Below, one piece after another: positions 8,738 through 18,631 of a stretch of 64,000 bases of DNA. The number at the start of each line of letters is the position of its first letter. Within the stretch, counting starts at the first letter, position 1. The translations under genes and the position numbers were made by a program. The stretch is taken from positions 171,024 to 235,023 of the forward strand of contig JAIUOC010000003.1 of NCBI GenBank assembly GCA_020161265.1, read 5' to 3'. This DNA comes from Chloroflexota bacterium (GTDB lineage: Bacteria > Chloroflexota > Chloroflexia > Chloroflexales > Herpetosiphonaceae). Under the pieces are notes generated by a model that saw only the letters and a list, made by a program, of their open reading frames with translations, did not search any database and had not been told where the DNA came from.

Positions 8738-10600
8738 ATGGATGCACATAGTTTGTTGTTGATGGCGGGGATGGTGATTTGTTTTGGGATCGCCACCTTC
8801 GTGCTGGCCGAACGGATTGGCATCCCATCGATTGTATTGTTGCTGTTGGTGGGAGTGCTGGTTGGCCCCGAAGTTTTTGGTTTGGTTGATCCATCGGCTT
8901 TAGGGGTTGGGCTGCGGGTGTTGATTCCGCTGTTTGTGGCGATTATTGTGTTTGAAGGTGGTTTGGTGCTCGATATCAACGATTTGCGCCGTTTATCCTA
9001 CCCATTGCAAATGTTGATGAGCGTTGGAGCCTTGGTGACATGGGGCAGTGCAACCTTGGTAGCGCATTTTGTGGCCGGCTTATCATGGCCACTGGCCACC
9101 TTGTTTGGAGCATTAATGAGCGTGACTGGGCCAACCGTGATCACGCCCTTGATGCGACGTAGCAATGCCAAAGAACGCTTAAAAGTGTTGTTACAGGCTG
9201 AAGGCGTATTGGTTGATGCGGTTGGGGCAATTTTGGCGGTAGTCGTGCTCGATGTTTTGCTTACCAGCGGCACAACGATTAGTGGAGCCTTCGATTGGGC
9301 CGAACGCTTGCTGATTGGCTCGTTGATTGGCTTGGTTGGCGGCATTGGTTTGGCCTATGCATTGCGCTTTATCGGCTCGAAACTCAATGCTGAAACGACG
9401 CGTTTGAGCGCGTTGGGTGGCGCAATCGCGATCTTTATTATTGCTGAAGCGATTTCGCATGAAGCTGGCATTGCGGCAGCAGCAGTTTCGGGGATTGTGG
9501 TTGGCAATATTGATTTTCCTCACGAAGAAGAAGTTGTTCTGTTCAAGGGCGACTTAACCATGCTGGCAATTACGATTATTTTTATCTTGCTGGCAGCTCG
9601 TTTGAAATTTGCCGATTTGGCAGCGCTTGGCTGGTGGGGTGTGTTGGCGGTTGTATTGATGATTGTGGTGGTGCGGCCACTGTGTGTCTTTGCTTCGACG
9701 CTTGGCTCAACCTTAACCTGGCGCGAACGAGCCTTTATTGCTGCGGTTTGCCCACGCGGAGTTGTCGCCGCTTCGGTCGCCACTTTTGCCGCGATCTCAT
9801 TGGAAGAAGCCGGATTTGCTGGGGGCAATTTGTTGATTGGCTTGGTCTTTATGACCGTGATTGGCACAGTTGTGTTGCAAAGCTTCACCACCCCATTGTT
9901 TGCCCGTTTGTTAGGAGTTGAACCGATGACCACTTTAGTTATTGGCGCGAATGATTTGGGCCAGCTGTTTGCCCGCCAACTGCATAGCCAACATCACGAT
10001 GTAGTCGTGATCGATACCGATCAGCAGTTGATCGATCGGGTGCGCCACCATGGTATTAGCACAATCACTGGCGATGCGACTGATCTGCAGGTATTGCGTA
10101 AAGCTGGCGTTGAACGGGCCAAAGCGGTTGTAGCCTTGACCCCGAGTGATAAACTCAATCTGTTGGTGAGTCAAGTGGTGCGTTCGCATTTCAAGGTTGC
10201 AACAATTGTGGCTCGGGCTGAAAATGAGAGTACCAGCAGTGTTTTGCGCGATCTTGGTATTACGGTTTTGAATCCCTTACAAGCATCGGTTGATGCTTTG
10301 ACCCAATTGGTTCAAGGCCCATCAGCCATGAGCATGCTCTTAAGTCATCAAGCCGACCAAAGTATTTACGAAGTTGAAGTATCCAATCCGCGGGTTGTGG
10401 GCAAGCCGTTGAAGCAGCTTAATTTGCCAAGTAATGTCCTGATTGTGGCAATTCGGCGGGCGGGCAACTTATTTGTGCCCGATGGCCAAACCCAATTGCA
10501 AGCAGCTGATCAATTAACCTTGATTGGCACAGCTAGCACAATTCAACAGGCTGATCAACAACTGCGTGAGGGAGCGAGCGAGGCAATGTATCAAGCATGA
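8738..10600 (+). CDS. Monovalent cation:proton antiporter (CPA family) with C-terminal RCK (TrkA-N/TrkA-C) domains, K+/H+ antiporter-like
   Basis: About 11 TM helices, then [17 protein letters not shown]...VVVIDTD (Rossmann RCK) and a TrkA-C segment. RBS aaaggag lies 5 nt before ATG 8738. Confidence 0.75.
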   Translation: MDAHSLLLMAGMVICFGIATFVLAERIGIPSIVLLLLVGVLVGPEVFGLVDPSALGVGLRVLIPLFVAIIVFEGGLVLDINDLRRLSYPLQMLMSVGALVTWGSATLVAHFVAGLSWPLATLFGALMSVTGPTVITPLMRRSNAKERLKVLLQAEGVLVDAVGAILAVVVLDVLLTSGTTISGAFDWAERLLIGSLIGLVGGIGLAYALRFIGSKLNAETTRLSALGGAIAIFIIAEAISHEAGIAAAAVSGIVVGNIDFPHEEEVVLFKGDLTMLAITIIFILLAARLKFADLAALGWWGVLAVVLMIVVVRPLCVFASTLGSTLTWRERAFIAAVCPRGVVAASVATFAAISLEEAGFAGGNLLIGLVFMTVIGTVVLQSFTTPLFARLLGVEPMTTLVIGANDLGQLFARQLHSQHHDVVVIDTDQQLIDRVRHHGISTITGDATDLQVLRKAGVERAKAVVALTPSDKLNLLVSQVVRSHFKVATIVARAENESTSSVLRDLGITVLNPLQASVDALTQLVQGPSAMSMLLSHQADQSIYEVEVSNPRVVGKPLKQLNLPSNVLIVAIRRAGNLFVPDGQTQLQAADQLTLIGTASTIQQADQQLREGASEAMYQA

Positions 10601-11676
10601 AACCAGCCAAAACCCCTAGTCGCAAAGCGCGTTGGCGAAGACTGATCGCGGCCTCGTTGCGCGATGGTTGGATTGTGTTTCGCGATTCGGGGATTTGGCT
10701 GGGCTTATGGCTCTTGTTGTGGTTGGGTTTTACCCTGGCAATTTGGGCAGGCACGCGCCCAGTTTTGGCTTTTAACCAAGCGCTGTATCAAGCATTTAGC
10801 CAAATGACGCTCAACCCCGTGCCACTACCAGAGCCATGGTGGCTGCAAGTGTTGTTTTATCTCGCGCCAGCCTTGAATATTATTTTGCTGGCGCGAGGTG
10901 CGCTCAATATGGGTATTTTGCTGTTCGATAAACGCAATCGGCGGGAGGCTTGGCAAATGGCGTTAGCATCAACCTATCGTGATCATATTATCGTCTGTGG
11001 TTTGGGCAAAATTGGCTATCGGGTGGTTGGGCAATTGCTGGCCAGCGGCTGCGATGTAGTGGTGATTGATGCTCATAACGATGGGCCGTTTCACGAATTG
11101 GTCATGGGCCAACATGTGCCAGTGATTATTGGTGATGCTCGTCAGCCAGAGTTGCTCCACGAAGCAGGCTTGCGCCATGCCACCTCGCTTACCGTAGTTA
11201 CTGGCGATGATTTGACCAACCTTGATATTGCCTTGACCGCCCGTGAGTTACACCCTGATATTCATATTGTGATGCGGGTTTTTAACGATTCATTGGCCAG
11301 CAAACTTAGCTCAGCCTTTCATATTCAGACCGCATTTAGCACCTCGGCACTGGCCGCCCCAACCTTGGCCGCTGCGGCTTTGGGTCGTGGCATTACCAAT
11401 GCTTTGTATGTGGCAGGCAAGTTGCTCTCGACGGTGGAAATTACGGTAGCCCGCGATGGCATTTTTGATGGACGCTTGATCCAGACGGTTGAAAATCAGC
11501 ACGATATTTCGGTGCTTTATCGGCGTGGGCGCAATGGCGAAGATTTACGCCCACGCGGCGATGAACGCTTGAGCAGCGGCGATCAATTGGTGATTATCGG
11601 GCCGCTAGCAGCGATTAATCAAATTCAAACGCTGAATAAACCGAATGCAGCGCCGCATGCGCCTTATCGACTCTGA
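10597..11676 (+). CDS. Membrane protein with RCK/TrkA-N and TrkA-C domains (putative K+ transport regulatory subunit)
   Basis: Two N-terminal TM helices, then IIVCGLGKIGYRVVGQLL..VVVID (GxGxxG RCK). No GYG selectivity filter was seen. Overlaps the upstream gene by 4 bp (ATGA). Confidence 0.65.
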   Translation: MKPAKTPSRKARWRRLIAASLRDGWIVFRDSGIWLGLWLLLWLGFTLAIWAGTRPVLAFNQALYQAFSQMTLNPVPLPEPWWLQVLFYLAPALNIILLARGALNMGILLFDKRNRREAWQMALASTYRDHIIVCGLGKIGYRVVGQLLASGCDVVVIDAHNDGPFHELVMGQHVPVIIGDARQPELLHEAGLRHATSLTVVTGDDLTNLDIALTARELHPDIHIVMRVFNDSLASKLSSAFHIQTAFSTSALAAPTLAAAALGRGITNALYVAGKLLSTVEITVARDGIFDGRLIQTVENQHDISVLYRRGRNGEDLRPRGDERLSSGDQLVIIGPLAAINQIQTLNKPNAAPHAPYRL

Positions 11677-12767
11677 GGTTCATCGTTGGGATCTTGCCAA
11701 CTTCCCAGCGAACGAGTTGGCGTGCGGCCACCAAATTCGCTCGGTGCTGAACCAAATGTGGTTGGCTGCTCGTAGCTATTGCTGGCTTGGACTGAGGTGG
11801 TTGGCGCTTGTTTTGGTGCATACGGCGAAACGCTATCGCTTGGTTGGTAGCTTTCAGGTTTAGGCTGATAGGCGGCAACCTGATCATTTGGTTGGTAGTT
11901 TTCAGGCTTGGGTTGATAGCTAGGTGTTGCTAAGGGAGTGGTTTGGCTGCCGGGTTGGTAGGTTGGGTAACCGCTGCTTGGGCCAGCAGGCACCAAATCA
12001 TAAGGCTGGGTGCTGGTTTTGCGCCGACTCAAAATAAAGCCGGTGCCGACCAAGATTAACCCAACCCCAATTAAACCGCCAACGCCCCACAAAGCCCATT
12101 GCGGCACGCCAGCGCTCAACGTCCCCACAATTTCAAGCTGATAATCGCGGCTCAAAGGATAGGGGAAATCATAGGTGATGCTGGTTTGCTGCTCGTTGAG
12201 CGTGGCAATTTCGCGCTCGTTCCAACTGCTAATCGATTCGGGGAAGCGAATTGTCCAGCTGGTGGTGGGGCTAGCAACCAAGCCTGAGCCAAACAGCTCG
12301 CCTGATTCTTGGCTGCCCAACATTGAATTTTCACCATTTTTGACCGTTGCCTTGAGCAAAACTTCATTGCCATTTTGCTCGATTGCCACATCCTCAAATC
12401 GCACCAAACTATAAAGTTCGTTTAATTCGCTGCTGGTCAATTGATCTTTGAGCATCGCCAGATCGCGAAATTGCATGCGAATTAATGTGCCCCGATATTG
12501 ACCATCTTCACTGGTCCAATTTTCGTTGCTGGCTTGCCATTCAGCAGGCAACAAATCGGCGATCGAGCCTAATTCGCTGAGCGCATCATCGAGCACATCG
12601 GTGCTTGAGCCACTCCCGCCCATTTCGGCAAAATCGAGAAATTGTTGCGAAAACCCTAGTCGGATTTCATAAACACCACTGGCATCGGCATTAAATTCAG
12701 TTTGTTGTTGCTGACTCACACAACCACTCAACAACACTAGCCCGAGAAGCAACAACCAATAACGCAT
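11664..12767 (-). CDS. Lipoprotein (LSGC lipobox) with C-terminal TM anchor and Pro/Tyr/Gln-rich tail, paralogue A
   Basis: Start MRYWLLLLGLVLLSGCV with GGAGG 8 nt upstream. A TM segment near residue 250 is followed by YQPKPENYQP-type repeats. Confidence 0.65.
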   Translation of the reverse strand: MRYWLLLLGLVLLSGCVSQQQQTEFNADASGVYEIRLGFSQQFLDFAEMGGSGSSTDVLDDALSELGSIADLLPAEWQASNENWTSEDGQYRGTLIRMQFRDLAMLKDQLTSSELNELYSLVRFEDVAIEQNGNEVLLKATVKNGENSMLGSQESGELFGSGLVASPTTSWTIRFPESISSWNEREIATLNEQQTSITYDFPYPLSRDYQLEIVGTLSAGVPQWALWGVGGLIGVGLILVGTGFILSRRKTSTQPYDLVPAGPSSGYPTYQPGSQTTPLATPSYQPKPENYQPNDQVAAYQPKPESYQPSDSVSPYAPKQAPTTSVQASNSYEQPTTFGSAPSEFGGRTPTRSLGSWQDPNDEPQSR

Positions 12768-12884
12768 ACAGTAGCCTCCGTTGATCAAAAATCGCTCACT
12801 ATCATCGTACCGCAATTTTGCTAGCTAAAACGCCAACACTCCGCCGTAAAGACGGAGTGTTGGCTCAAAAGGTTTCAAATTGAA

Positions 12885-13775
12885 TTATTGTTTGCGGTTA
12901 GGGTCGTTGTTTGGATCGTAATAACCTTGTTGTTGATTTTGTTGGGCATTGGGGTCGTAGGTTTGACCGCCATATTGTTGATAGCCAGCGGCAACTGGAG
13001 CAGCTTTGCGGCGGCTCATCACGAAGAATCCTACGCCAGCCAAGACTACCAACAAGCCAACGCCACCAAGGATCAATGGCAAATTACTGCCGCCAGCACC
13101 GCCGCCACTCTTGGTTGAAACTGCTTTGAGGGTATAGGTGGCAGTTTTATCAACCGGAATTTTCCAAGTAACCGTGCTGCCATTGACGGTTGCAATTTCG
13201 GCTGGCTCAACGCTGCTCACTTCACCAGGCAAAGTTACTTGCCAAACGATCACGGCCTTTTTCAACGAATCGCCCATGCCAGGCATGCCAGAGCTTTCGC
13301 TCTCGGCAGCAGCAGCCAAATCGGTGGCCACTGCATTGCCTGATACGGTGAAGGTTTCGCCATCATCGGTTACTTTAAGATTCGATAGTGCTTGACCAGT
13401 TGGGCTATCGCTGCTACCTGAGTCAGTCAAAAATTGGTTCAACTGCTCGTTCAAGGTTGCAAGATTAGCAAATTTCATGTTGACCTGTACGCCTTGGAAC
13501 TCAGTTTCACCAAGTTTTTCTTTCCAATCGCTGGTGGTTGCACTCCACTCAGCTGGATAACCTGAAACATCATCTTTAGTTTTTTTAAAGGGATCTTCGC
13601 CCTCGGTGCCACCCATGCTTGACATCATGGCCATTGTTTCGGCATCCATACCTACTTTAAACGTATTCGTGCCACTGCCATCACCGCTGATTGTGGTTTC
13701 GACTTGTGAGGCAACACAACCGCTCAAGGCAATTGCTAATACGCCCAACAACATCCGACTCATCCACTGTTTCAT
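12885..13775 (-). CDS. Lipoprotein (LSGC lipobox) with C-terminal TM anchor and Gln/Tyr-rich tail, paralogue B
   Basis: Start MKQWMSRMLLGVLAIALSGCV with AAGGAG RBS. Same architecture as the adjacent gene, with a shared YPAEWSATTSDW / LPAEWQASNENW block. Confidence 0.65.
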   Translation of the reverse strand: MKQWMSRMLLGVLAIALSGCVASQVETTISGDGSGTNTFKVGMDAETMAMMSSMGGTEGEDPFKKTKDDVSGYPAEWSATTSDWKEKLGETEFQGVQVNMKFANLATLNEQLNQFLTDSGSSDSPTGQALSNLKVTDDGETFTVSGNAVATDLAAAAESESSGMPGMGDSLKKAVIVWQVTLPGEVSSVEPAEIATVNGSTVTWKIPVDKTATYTLKAVSTKSGGGAGGSNLPLILGGVGLLVVLAGVGFFVMSRRKAAPVAAGYQQYGGQTYDPNAQQNQQQGYYDPNNDPNRKQ

Positions 13776-13896
13776 GGGCTTCGCTCCTTCAATAAACTGG
13801 CTAACGGAGGATACTGCGATTATAGATGGCAATATATGCCATGTCTACCAAGGTTCTGTGCTATCCTGATAGCAAAATTGCGATAAGGATAATGGT

Positions 13897-15759
13897 ATGT
13901 GTCGCTGGCGAATCTGCCTTTTGCTCTGGATGTTGGTGGGTTGTAGCGCAACCGCACCGGCAACCAGCACCCAAATTCCAATTCAACCAAGCTTGCCAAC
14001 TCCAGCTCAAACTCTCAGCCCGACTCAAGCATTGGCCACAAGCATCCCAATAATTGCCGACGAAGCGGCGGTGGAACGAGCCAGCCAACAAGGGCTTGAG
14101 CGCGATTTAGCCCAACTTGCCGTTGATTGGCGCTTGATTAGCGAAAAACCTCAACCATTGCGTTTGGAAATGCCCCCACCATACGAGCGCCGCAGCTTTT
14201 GGGTTACCGATTTAACCAGCAATCAACAGCGCAATATCAGTGCCACCCTTCAACTCAGCACCACCCACTTATTAATTTATGTCGCCGATGATTTGCCGGT
14301 TGAGCAACAAGCGCTGATTAATGCTGCTCAGCAATTCGAACAGGTTGGTTGGCCCTTACTAGCCAAATGGTATCCCCAACAAGCTTGGCCCCAAGTGCCC
14401 GTAACGGTCTTGAATGCTGCGGTCAGTGGGGCGGGCGGCTATTACGCCAGCGATAACGAATTGCCCCAAGCGATCAATCCATATTCCAACGAACGCGAAA
14501 TGTTGGTGATTAACGCTGCGGCCATGCCACCCAGCGATTTTGGCTATGTCGCCACGTTAATTCACGAAATGCAGCATCTGTTACATCGGAATGTGCTAAG
14601 CCACCCCGCCACTTGGCTCAACGAAGGCGCTTCGATGTTGAGCGAAGATCGTTCAGGCTATGGCAACGATAGCTTGGCACTCGATTTTCTGGCCTCACCG
14701 GATACCCAACTCAATGCATGGGCCAGCAGCCCTGGCACCGCGCTCAAACATTATGGCGCGGCTCAGCTGTTCCTCGGTTACCTTGATCAGCAACTCGACG
14801 GCTTGCCGATGGGAACCTTGGCGGCAGCTGATGCTGGCGATAATTTGACCAGCATTACCAGTTTGATGGCTACCCGCTACCCTGATTTAACCAGCTTTGA
14901 TCAGCTGTTTGCGGCATGGGCGGTTGCCAATTTGGTGAATGATCCAAATATGGCTGATGGCCGTTATGGCTATGATCTACCCCGCACTGTGTTGCCAGAG
15001 CCAGCTCAGGGCAGTGAGCAAAACCTGAGCATTCAGCAATTTGGTAGCGATTATTTGGCCTTTGATAGCTCTAGCAGCGAACGCACGCTCGAATGGCAGG
15101 GCAACAACACAGTGCCTATTTTCGCCGCCGATGTGACAAGTAGCGCCACATGGTGGAGCGGTCGCGGTGATGCGCGGGTCAGCACGCTCACCACAGCAAT
15201 TCAAGTGCCCAGCACGGGCAGCAGCCTAAGCTATCAACGGTGGTTTGATTTAGAGCAAGATTATGATTATGCCTATCTCAGCCTCTCGCAAGATAACGGC
15301 CAAACATGGCAAGCAATTGCGACCCAAGCCAGCACTGGAGCCAATCCGGTTGGCTTAAATATTGGGGCTGGCTGGACAGGCCAACAAGCCACCTGGCAAG
15401 CAGAAAGCGTTGATCTTGGGCCATGGGCGGGCCAACAAATTCAATTGCGATTTTGGGTTATCAACGATGAAGCGTATAATGCTGCTGGTTTAGCCTTGAG
15501 CGATCTGACAATCGATGGGGTAACGGCTGAATGGGTTGGGGCTGGTTTTGTGCCAGTTCGTAATCAATTGGCACAGCGTTGGGTGCTCACGGCGGTGCTC
15601 TATGATCAAGCTGGAGTTGCTGAAGTTGTCTCAATTCCAACCGATAATGGCCAGGCGCGTTGGCTGATTCCGGCCAATCGGCGAGCGGTTTTGGTGGTTA
15701 ATGCCACAACTCAAGGTACAACCGAAGCAGCCAATTACAGCTATAACGTCACACCGTAG
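13897..15759 (+). CDS. HExxH zinc-metallopeptidase-like lipoprotein
   Basis: Signal peptide/lipobox LLLWMLVGCSA; TLIHEMQHLLHRNV (HExxH) motif; 620 aa secreted protein. Confidence 0.55.
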   Translation: MCRWRICLLLWMLVGCSATAPATSTQIPIQPSLPTPAQTLSPTQALATSIPIIADEAAVERASQQGLERDLAQLAVDWRLISEKPQPLRLEMPPPYERRSFWVTDLTSNQQRNISATLQLSTTHLLIYVADDLPVEQQALINAAQQFEQVGWPLLAKWYPQQAWPQVPVTVLNAAVSGAGGYYASDNELPQAINPYSNEREMLVINAAAMPPSDFGYVATLIHEMQHLLHRNVLSHPATWLNEGASMLSEDRSGYGNDSLALDFLASPDTQLNAWASSPGTALKHYGAAQLFLGYLDQQLDGLPMGTLAAADAGDNLTSITSLMATRYPDLTSFDQLFAAWAVANLVNDPNMADGRYGYDLPRTVLPEPAQGSEQNLSIQQFGSDYLAFDSSSSERTLEWQGNNTVPIFAADVTSSATWWSGRGDARVSTLTTAIQVPSTGSSLSYQRWFDLEQDYDYAYLSLSQDNGQTWQAIATQASTGANPVGLNIGAGWTGQQATWQAESVDLGPWAGQQIQLRFWVINDEAYNAAGLALSDLTIDGVTAEWVGAGFVPVRNQLAQRWVLTAVLYDQAGVAEVVSIPTDNGQARWLIPANRRAVLVVNATTQGTTEAANYSYNVTP

Positions 15760-15802
15760 TATAATTGGGCAGCCCTAGCTTAGATGGATTGAGGATTGGC
15801 TC

Positions 15803-17476
15803 ATGACTGAAAGCGTCGCAATTACTGAGCAGCCTAGTCAAACAGCTGCAATAACTATCCCACGTTCGCCCTTAAGTCGGTTGTTGTTGCCAATTGCCTT
15901 GGTGGTGTTGGCGCTTGGTGCAGGGCTGGCAGCGTGGAGCGGACTTAATTTTGGCCCGCAAACGATGCTGATCGGGGCGATTGCCGGCGGAGTTGGCGCA
16001 CTGGCCGCCTTGGTTGGCCTAATTGCTGGCCTGCGTCGGCGCTTGCCCTTGAGTGGTTGGGCCTTAATCGTTGGCACGCTCAGCATTGCTTTGGGCGCAA
16101 CCATGGTCTTCCCTGAACAACGCGAATTGGCGATTATTAGCGCTGCCCTGCCGGTTTTGTGTGCCGCGCTGACCTTGCGCCCCTTGCACACTGCTATTGT
16201 TACGGTTGTTAGTTTAGCGAGTTTATGGGCCGCCGCCTATTTTGCCGCCGCCGAACCAAGCACCAACCAGTTAATTCAATGGAGCTTGCTCAGTGCCTTT
16301 GTGCTCGTGATCAGCATTTTTGCCTTGGTTTGTAGCGCAGCGCTCCGAGCGTTCGATCGCCAGCAAACTGTCGGTCATGAATCAACCACCCAACTCAACA
16401 AGCAACTTGGCGAAGAGCAAGAGCGGGTCGAACGCGCTGCCCAAATGTTGGTGCAAGAGCGCGATCGGCTGGCGGCAGTGCTGGGCGCAGCGAGCGATGG
16501 CGTGGTGTTGGCCGATAGCAATGGCATCATTTTGCAGGCCAATGCTGCTGCCCGCCAATTGTTGAATGAAGCGTTTGGCGGCACACTCGAAGGCCAAGCG
16601 CTCAACCAGTGGAGCCAAGAAAACACAGGCCGTTTGCGGGTGATCAGCAACGAACGTGAAGGCGAACGCCAACGCGTGGTTTTTGAGCAACAACAAGGCA
16701 CACGCAAACCCGTGATTGGTCTCAACCAAGTGCCAATTCGCAGTAGCGCAGGCAGTGTGTTGGGCTATGTTGGGGTTTTCCACGATAAAACCACCGAATT
16801 AGAAGTTGAAGAAATGCGTTCGCAATTGCTCGATTTCCTCGTGCAAGATATGCATGATCCGCTGAATTCGGTGTTGGCAGCCCAAGATACCTTGTTGGCT
16901 GGCGATTTGGGCGATGGCAATGAGCGGGTTTTATCGACCGCTCGCCGCACAACCTCGCGCTTGGTTGAGCTAACCAATACCCTGATGGAAATGAGCCGTT
17001 TGCATGGCGACCCCAACAGCCTGCATCGTTTGGCTAACCCATTGCGCCCATTGATCGAAGGCAGCATCGCCCAATCAACACCGCAAGCCCAACAACGGGC
17101 AATCAACTTGGTGTTGGAGTATGGCGCTGATAGTGGTGGCCTCGCCTTCGATGCCGATAAGATGCGGCGGGTGATGAGCCACTTGCTTGATAATGCTTTG
17201 CGTCGCAGCCCAGCGTATAGCACGGTGCGGGTGCAAGTCAGCAACACGGGCGGCAATGCCCAAGTACGGATCGCCGACCAAGGCCCAAGTATTCCGGTTG
17301 AACTAGCAGGCCGCATTTTTGATCGCTTCAGCAAGCAGGTTGGCGAACAACGCATCGGCGGGGTTGGCCTAGCCTATTGCAAACAGGTGATTGAGGCTCA
17401 TGGTGGCCGAATTTGGGTTGATAGCACGCCTGGCAAAGGCAGTACCTTTATCTTTAGCATGCCCTCAGCAGCATAA
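15803..17476 (+). CDS. Sensor histidine kinase (membrane, PAS, HisKA, HATPase_c), no cognate response regulator adjacent
   Basis: 4-5 N-terminal TM helices; a PAS-like segment (RDRLAAVLGAASDGVVLADSNGIIL); H-box MHDPLNSV; G-box GGVGLAYCKQVIEAHGGRIWVDSTPGKGSTF. Confidence 0.8.
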   Translation: MTESVAITEQPSQTAAITIPRSPLSRLLLPIALVVLALGAGLAAWSGLNFGPQTMLIGAIAGGVGALAALVGLIAGLRRRLPLSGWALIVGTLSIALGATMVFPEQRELAIISAALPVLCAALTLRPLHTAIVTVVSLASLWAAAYFAAAEPSTNQLIQWSLLSAFVLVISIFALVCSAALRAFDRQQTVGHESTTQLNKQLGEEQERVERAAQMLVQERDRLAAVLGAASDGVVLADSNGIILQANAAARQLLNEAFGGTLEGQALNQWSQENTGRLRVISNEREGERQRVVFEQQQGTRKPVIGLNQVPIRSSAGSVLGYVGVFHDKTTELEVEEMRSQLLDFLVQDMHDPLNSVLAAQDTLLAGDLGDGNERVLSTARRTTSRLVELTNTLMEMSRLHGDPNSLHRLANPLRPLIEGSIAQSTPQAQQRAINLVLEYGADSGGLAFDADKMRRVMSHLLDNALRRSPAYSTVRVQVSNTGGNAQVRIADQGPSIPVELAGRIFDRFSKQVGEQRIGGVGLAYCKQVIEAHGGRIWVDSTPGKGSTFIFSMPSAA

Positions 17477-17491
17477 TCTAGGAGTAGTTCC

Positions 17492-18493
17492 ATGGCAAAA
17501 GTAGGCCGCAACGACCCATGCCCATGTGGCAGTGGCAAAAAATATAAGCAATGTCATGAAGCAGCTGACCGTGCCCAGGAAGACCAGTTACGCTTATTAC
17601 GCCGTGCCCAAGATCGGTTGTTTCCTAAATTGATCGAGGCCACCCAAAGCGAAGAATTAGCTCCTAGCACGCCTACTCTGTTTGAGCAATATTGGGGCGG
17701 GCGCTACACTGCCGCCGATATGAGCGAGCTTGATGAGCTGGAAGATCGTGGCTCAGAGCGCTTTTTGACTTGGCTGGCCTTCGATGCCCAAAGTGGCGAC
17801 GATGGCTCAACCTTGGTCGAACGGATCGCCGCTAATCCGCCAGCTGAGCTTGAGCTTGACGAACATGAACTGAATTTATTACCAACTTGGGCTGGCATTC
17901 GCTTGCGCCCTTATCTGATTACAGAAATTATCAAGGGCAAAGGCGCGTTGATTCAAGAGGTTTTGACCAAAGAAACCTTTACCTTGCGTGACCATGCTGC
18001 CGCCAAGCGCTTGGAAGAAAATGAGCTGATTTTTGCCCACCTTGTGCCAGTTGGCGAAGAATACTACATTGCTGGCGCAGCGGCTCAAACCACGCCCGAC
18101 ACGGTAGAGAAACTTAGTGAATTCTTGGCAGTTAGCTTGGAAGATTGGCAATTGCGCAATCCTGAAGCTGATCTGAATCAGTTTGTGCGTGAAAATAGCT
18201 ACCTGTTCAATCATTTTATCTCAGTGTTGCCACGCGAAGAAAAAGAACCATCGAAGTTTGACGATTTGATGCTGCGTGGCCGCACCGCCTTGCTGATGAC
18301 CAAACAATCGCTTGGTTTGGGCGGAGCTGATGACGATGACGATGATGAAGATACTGATGACGATGATAGTGATGAATTTGACGACGATCAGGCTGATGAT
18401 GATCAAGTTGATGATGAATTTGATGACGCTGAGCAACCTGATGATGATCAAACCGAAGCGCTAACCGATTCAGACCAACAGCCAACCAAATAA
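17492..18493 (+). CDS. SEC-C motif protein with poly-acidic (D/E-rich) C-terminal tail
   Basis: N-terminal [18 protein letters not shown] (SEC-C metal-binding motif). The C-terminal 70 aa are over 60% Asp/Glu ([20 protein letters not shown]...). GGAG RBS. Confidence 0.7.
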   Translation: MAKVGRNDPCPCGSGKKYKQCHEAADRAQEDQLRLLRRAQDRLFPKLIEATQSEELAPSTPTLFEQYWGGRYTAADMSELDELEDRGSERFLTWLAFDAQSGDDGSTLVERIAANPPAELELDEHELNLLPTWAGIRLRPYLITEIIKGKGALIQEVLTKETFTLRDHAAAKRLEENELIFAHLVPVGEEYYIAGAAAQTTPDTVEKLSEFLAVSLEDWQLRNPEADLNQFVRENSYLFNHFISVLPREEKEPSKFDDLMLRGRTALLMTKQSLGLGGADDDDDDEDTDDDDSDEFDDDQADDDQVDDEFDDAEQPDDDQTEALTDSDQQPTK

Positions 18494-18508
18494 CGCTGGC
18501 ACGTCATT

Positions 18509-18552
18509 TAATCAGGGGTAGGAATGAGCCTAGGCCGCATTCCACCCCTGAT
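18509..18552. other. Long imperfect hairpin (about 16-bp stem, palindromic loop gcctaggc) 3' of the SEC-C gene
   Basis: aatcaggggtaggaatg-agcctaggccg-cattccacccctgatt. No clean T-tract, so possibly an attenuator or processing site rather than a canonical terminator. Confidence 0.4.
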
Positions 18553-18631
18553 TGTTGATTAAACCTTTGACTTTGCTGCGGCGTTCAGCTACCATGCAAT
18601 GGATGGAGAATTGGCTCAGGAATTGAGGAAT

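Noticed and set aside
16765-17355. 196-aa minus-strand ORF inside the histidine kinase gene, with similar antisense ORFs at 16375-16783
   Set aside because: It is antisense to a well-supported CDS with conserved HK motifs, and has no RBS.
18216-18485. Minus-strand ORFs rich in His/Ile opposite the SEC-C gene tail
   Set aside because: They are an antisense reading of the poly-GAT/GAC acidic tail and are a low-complexity artefact.
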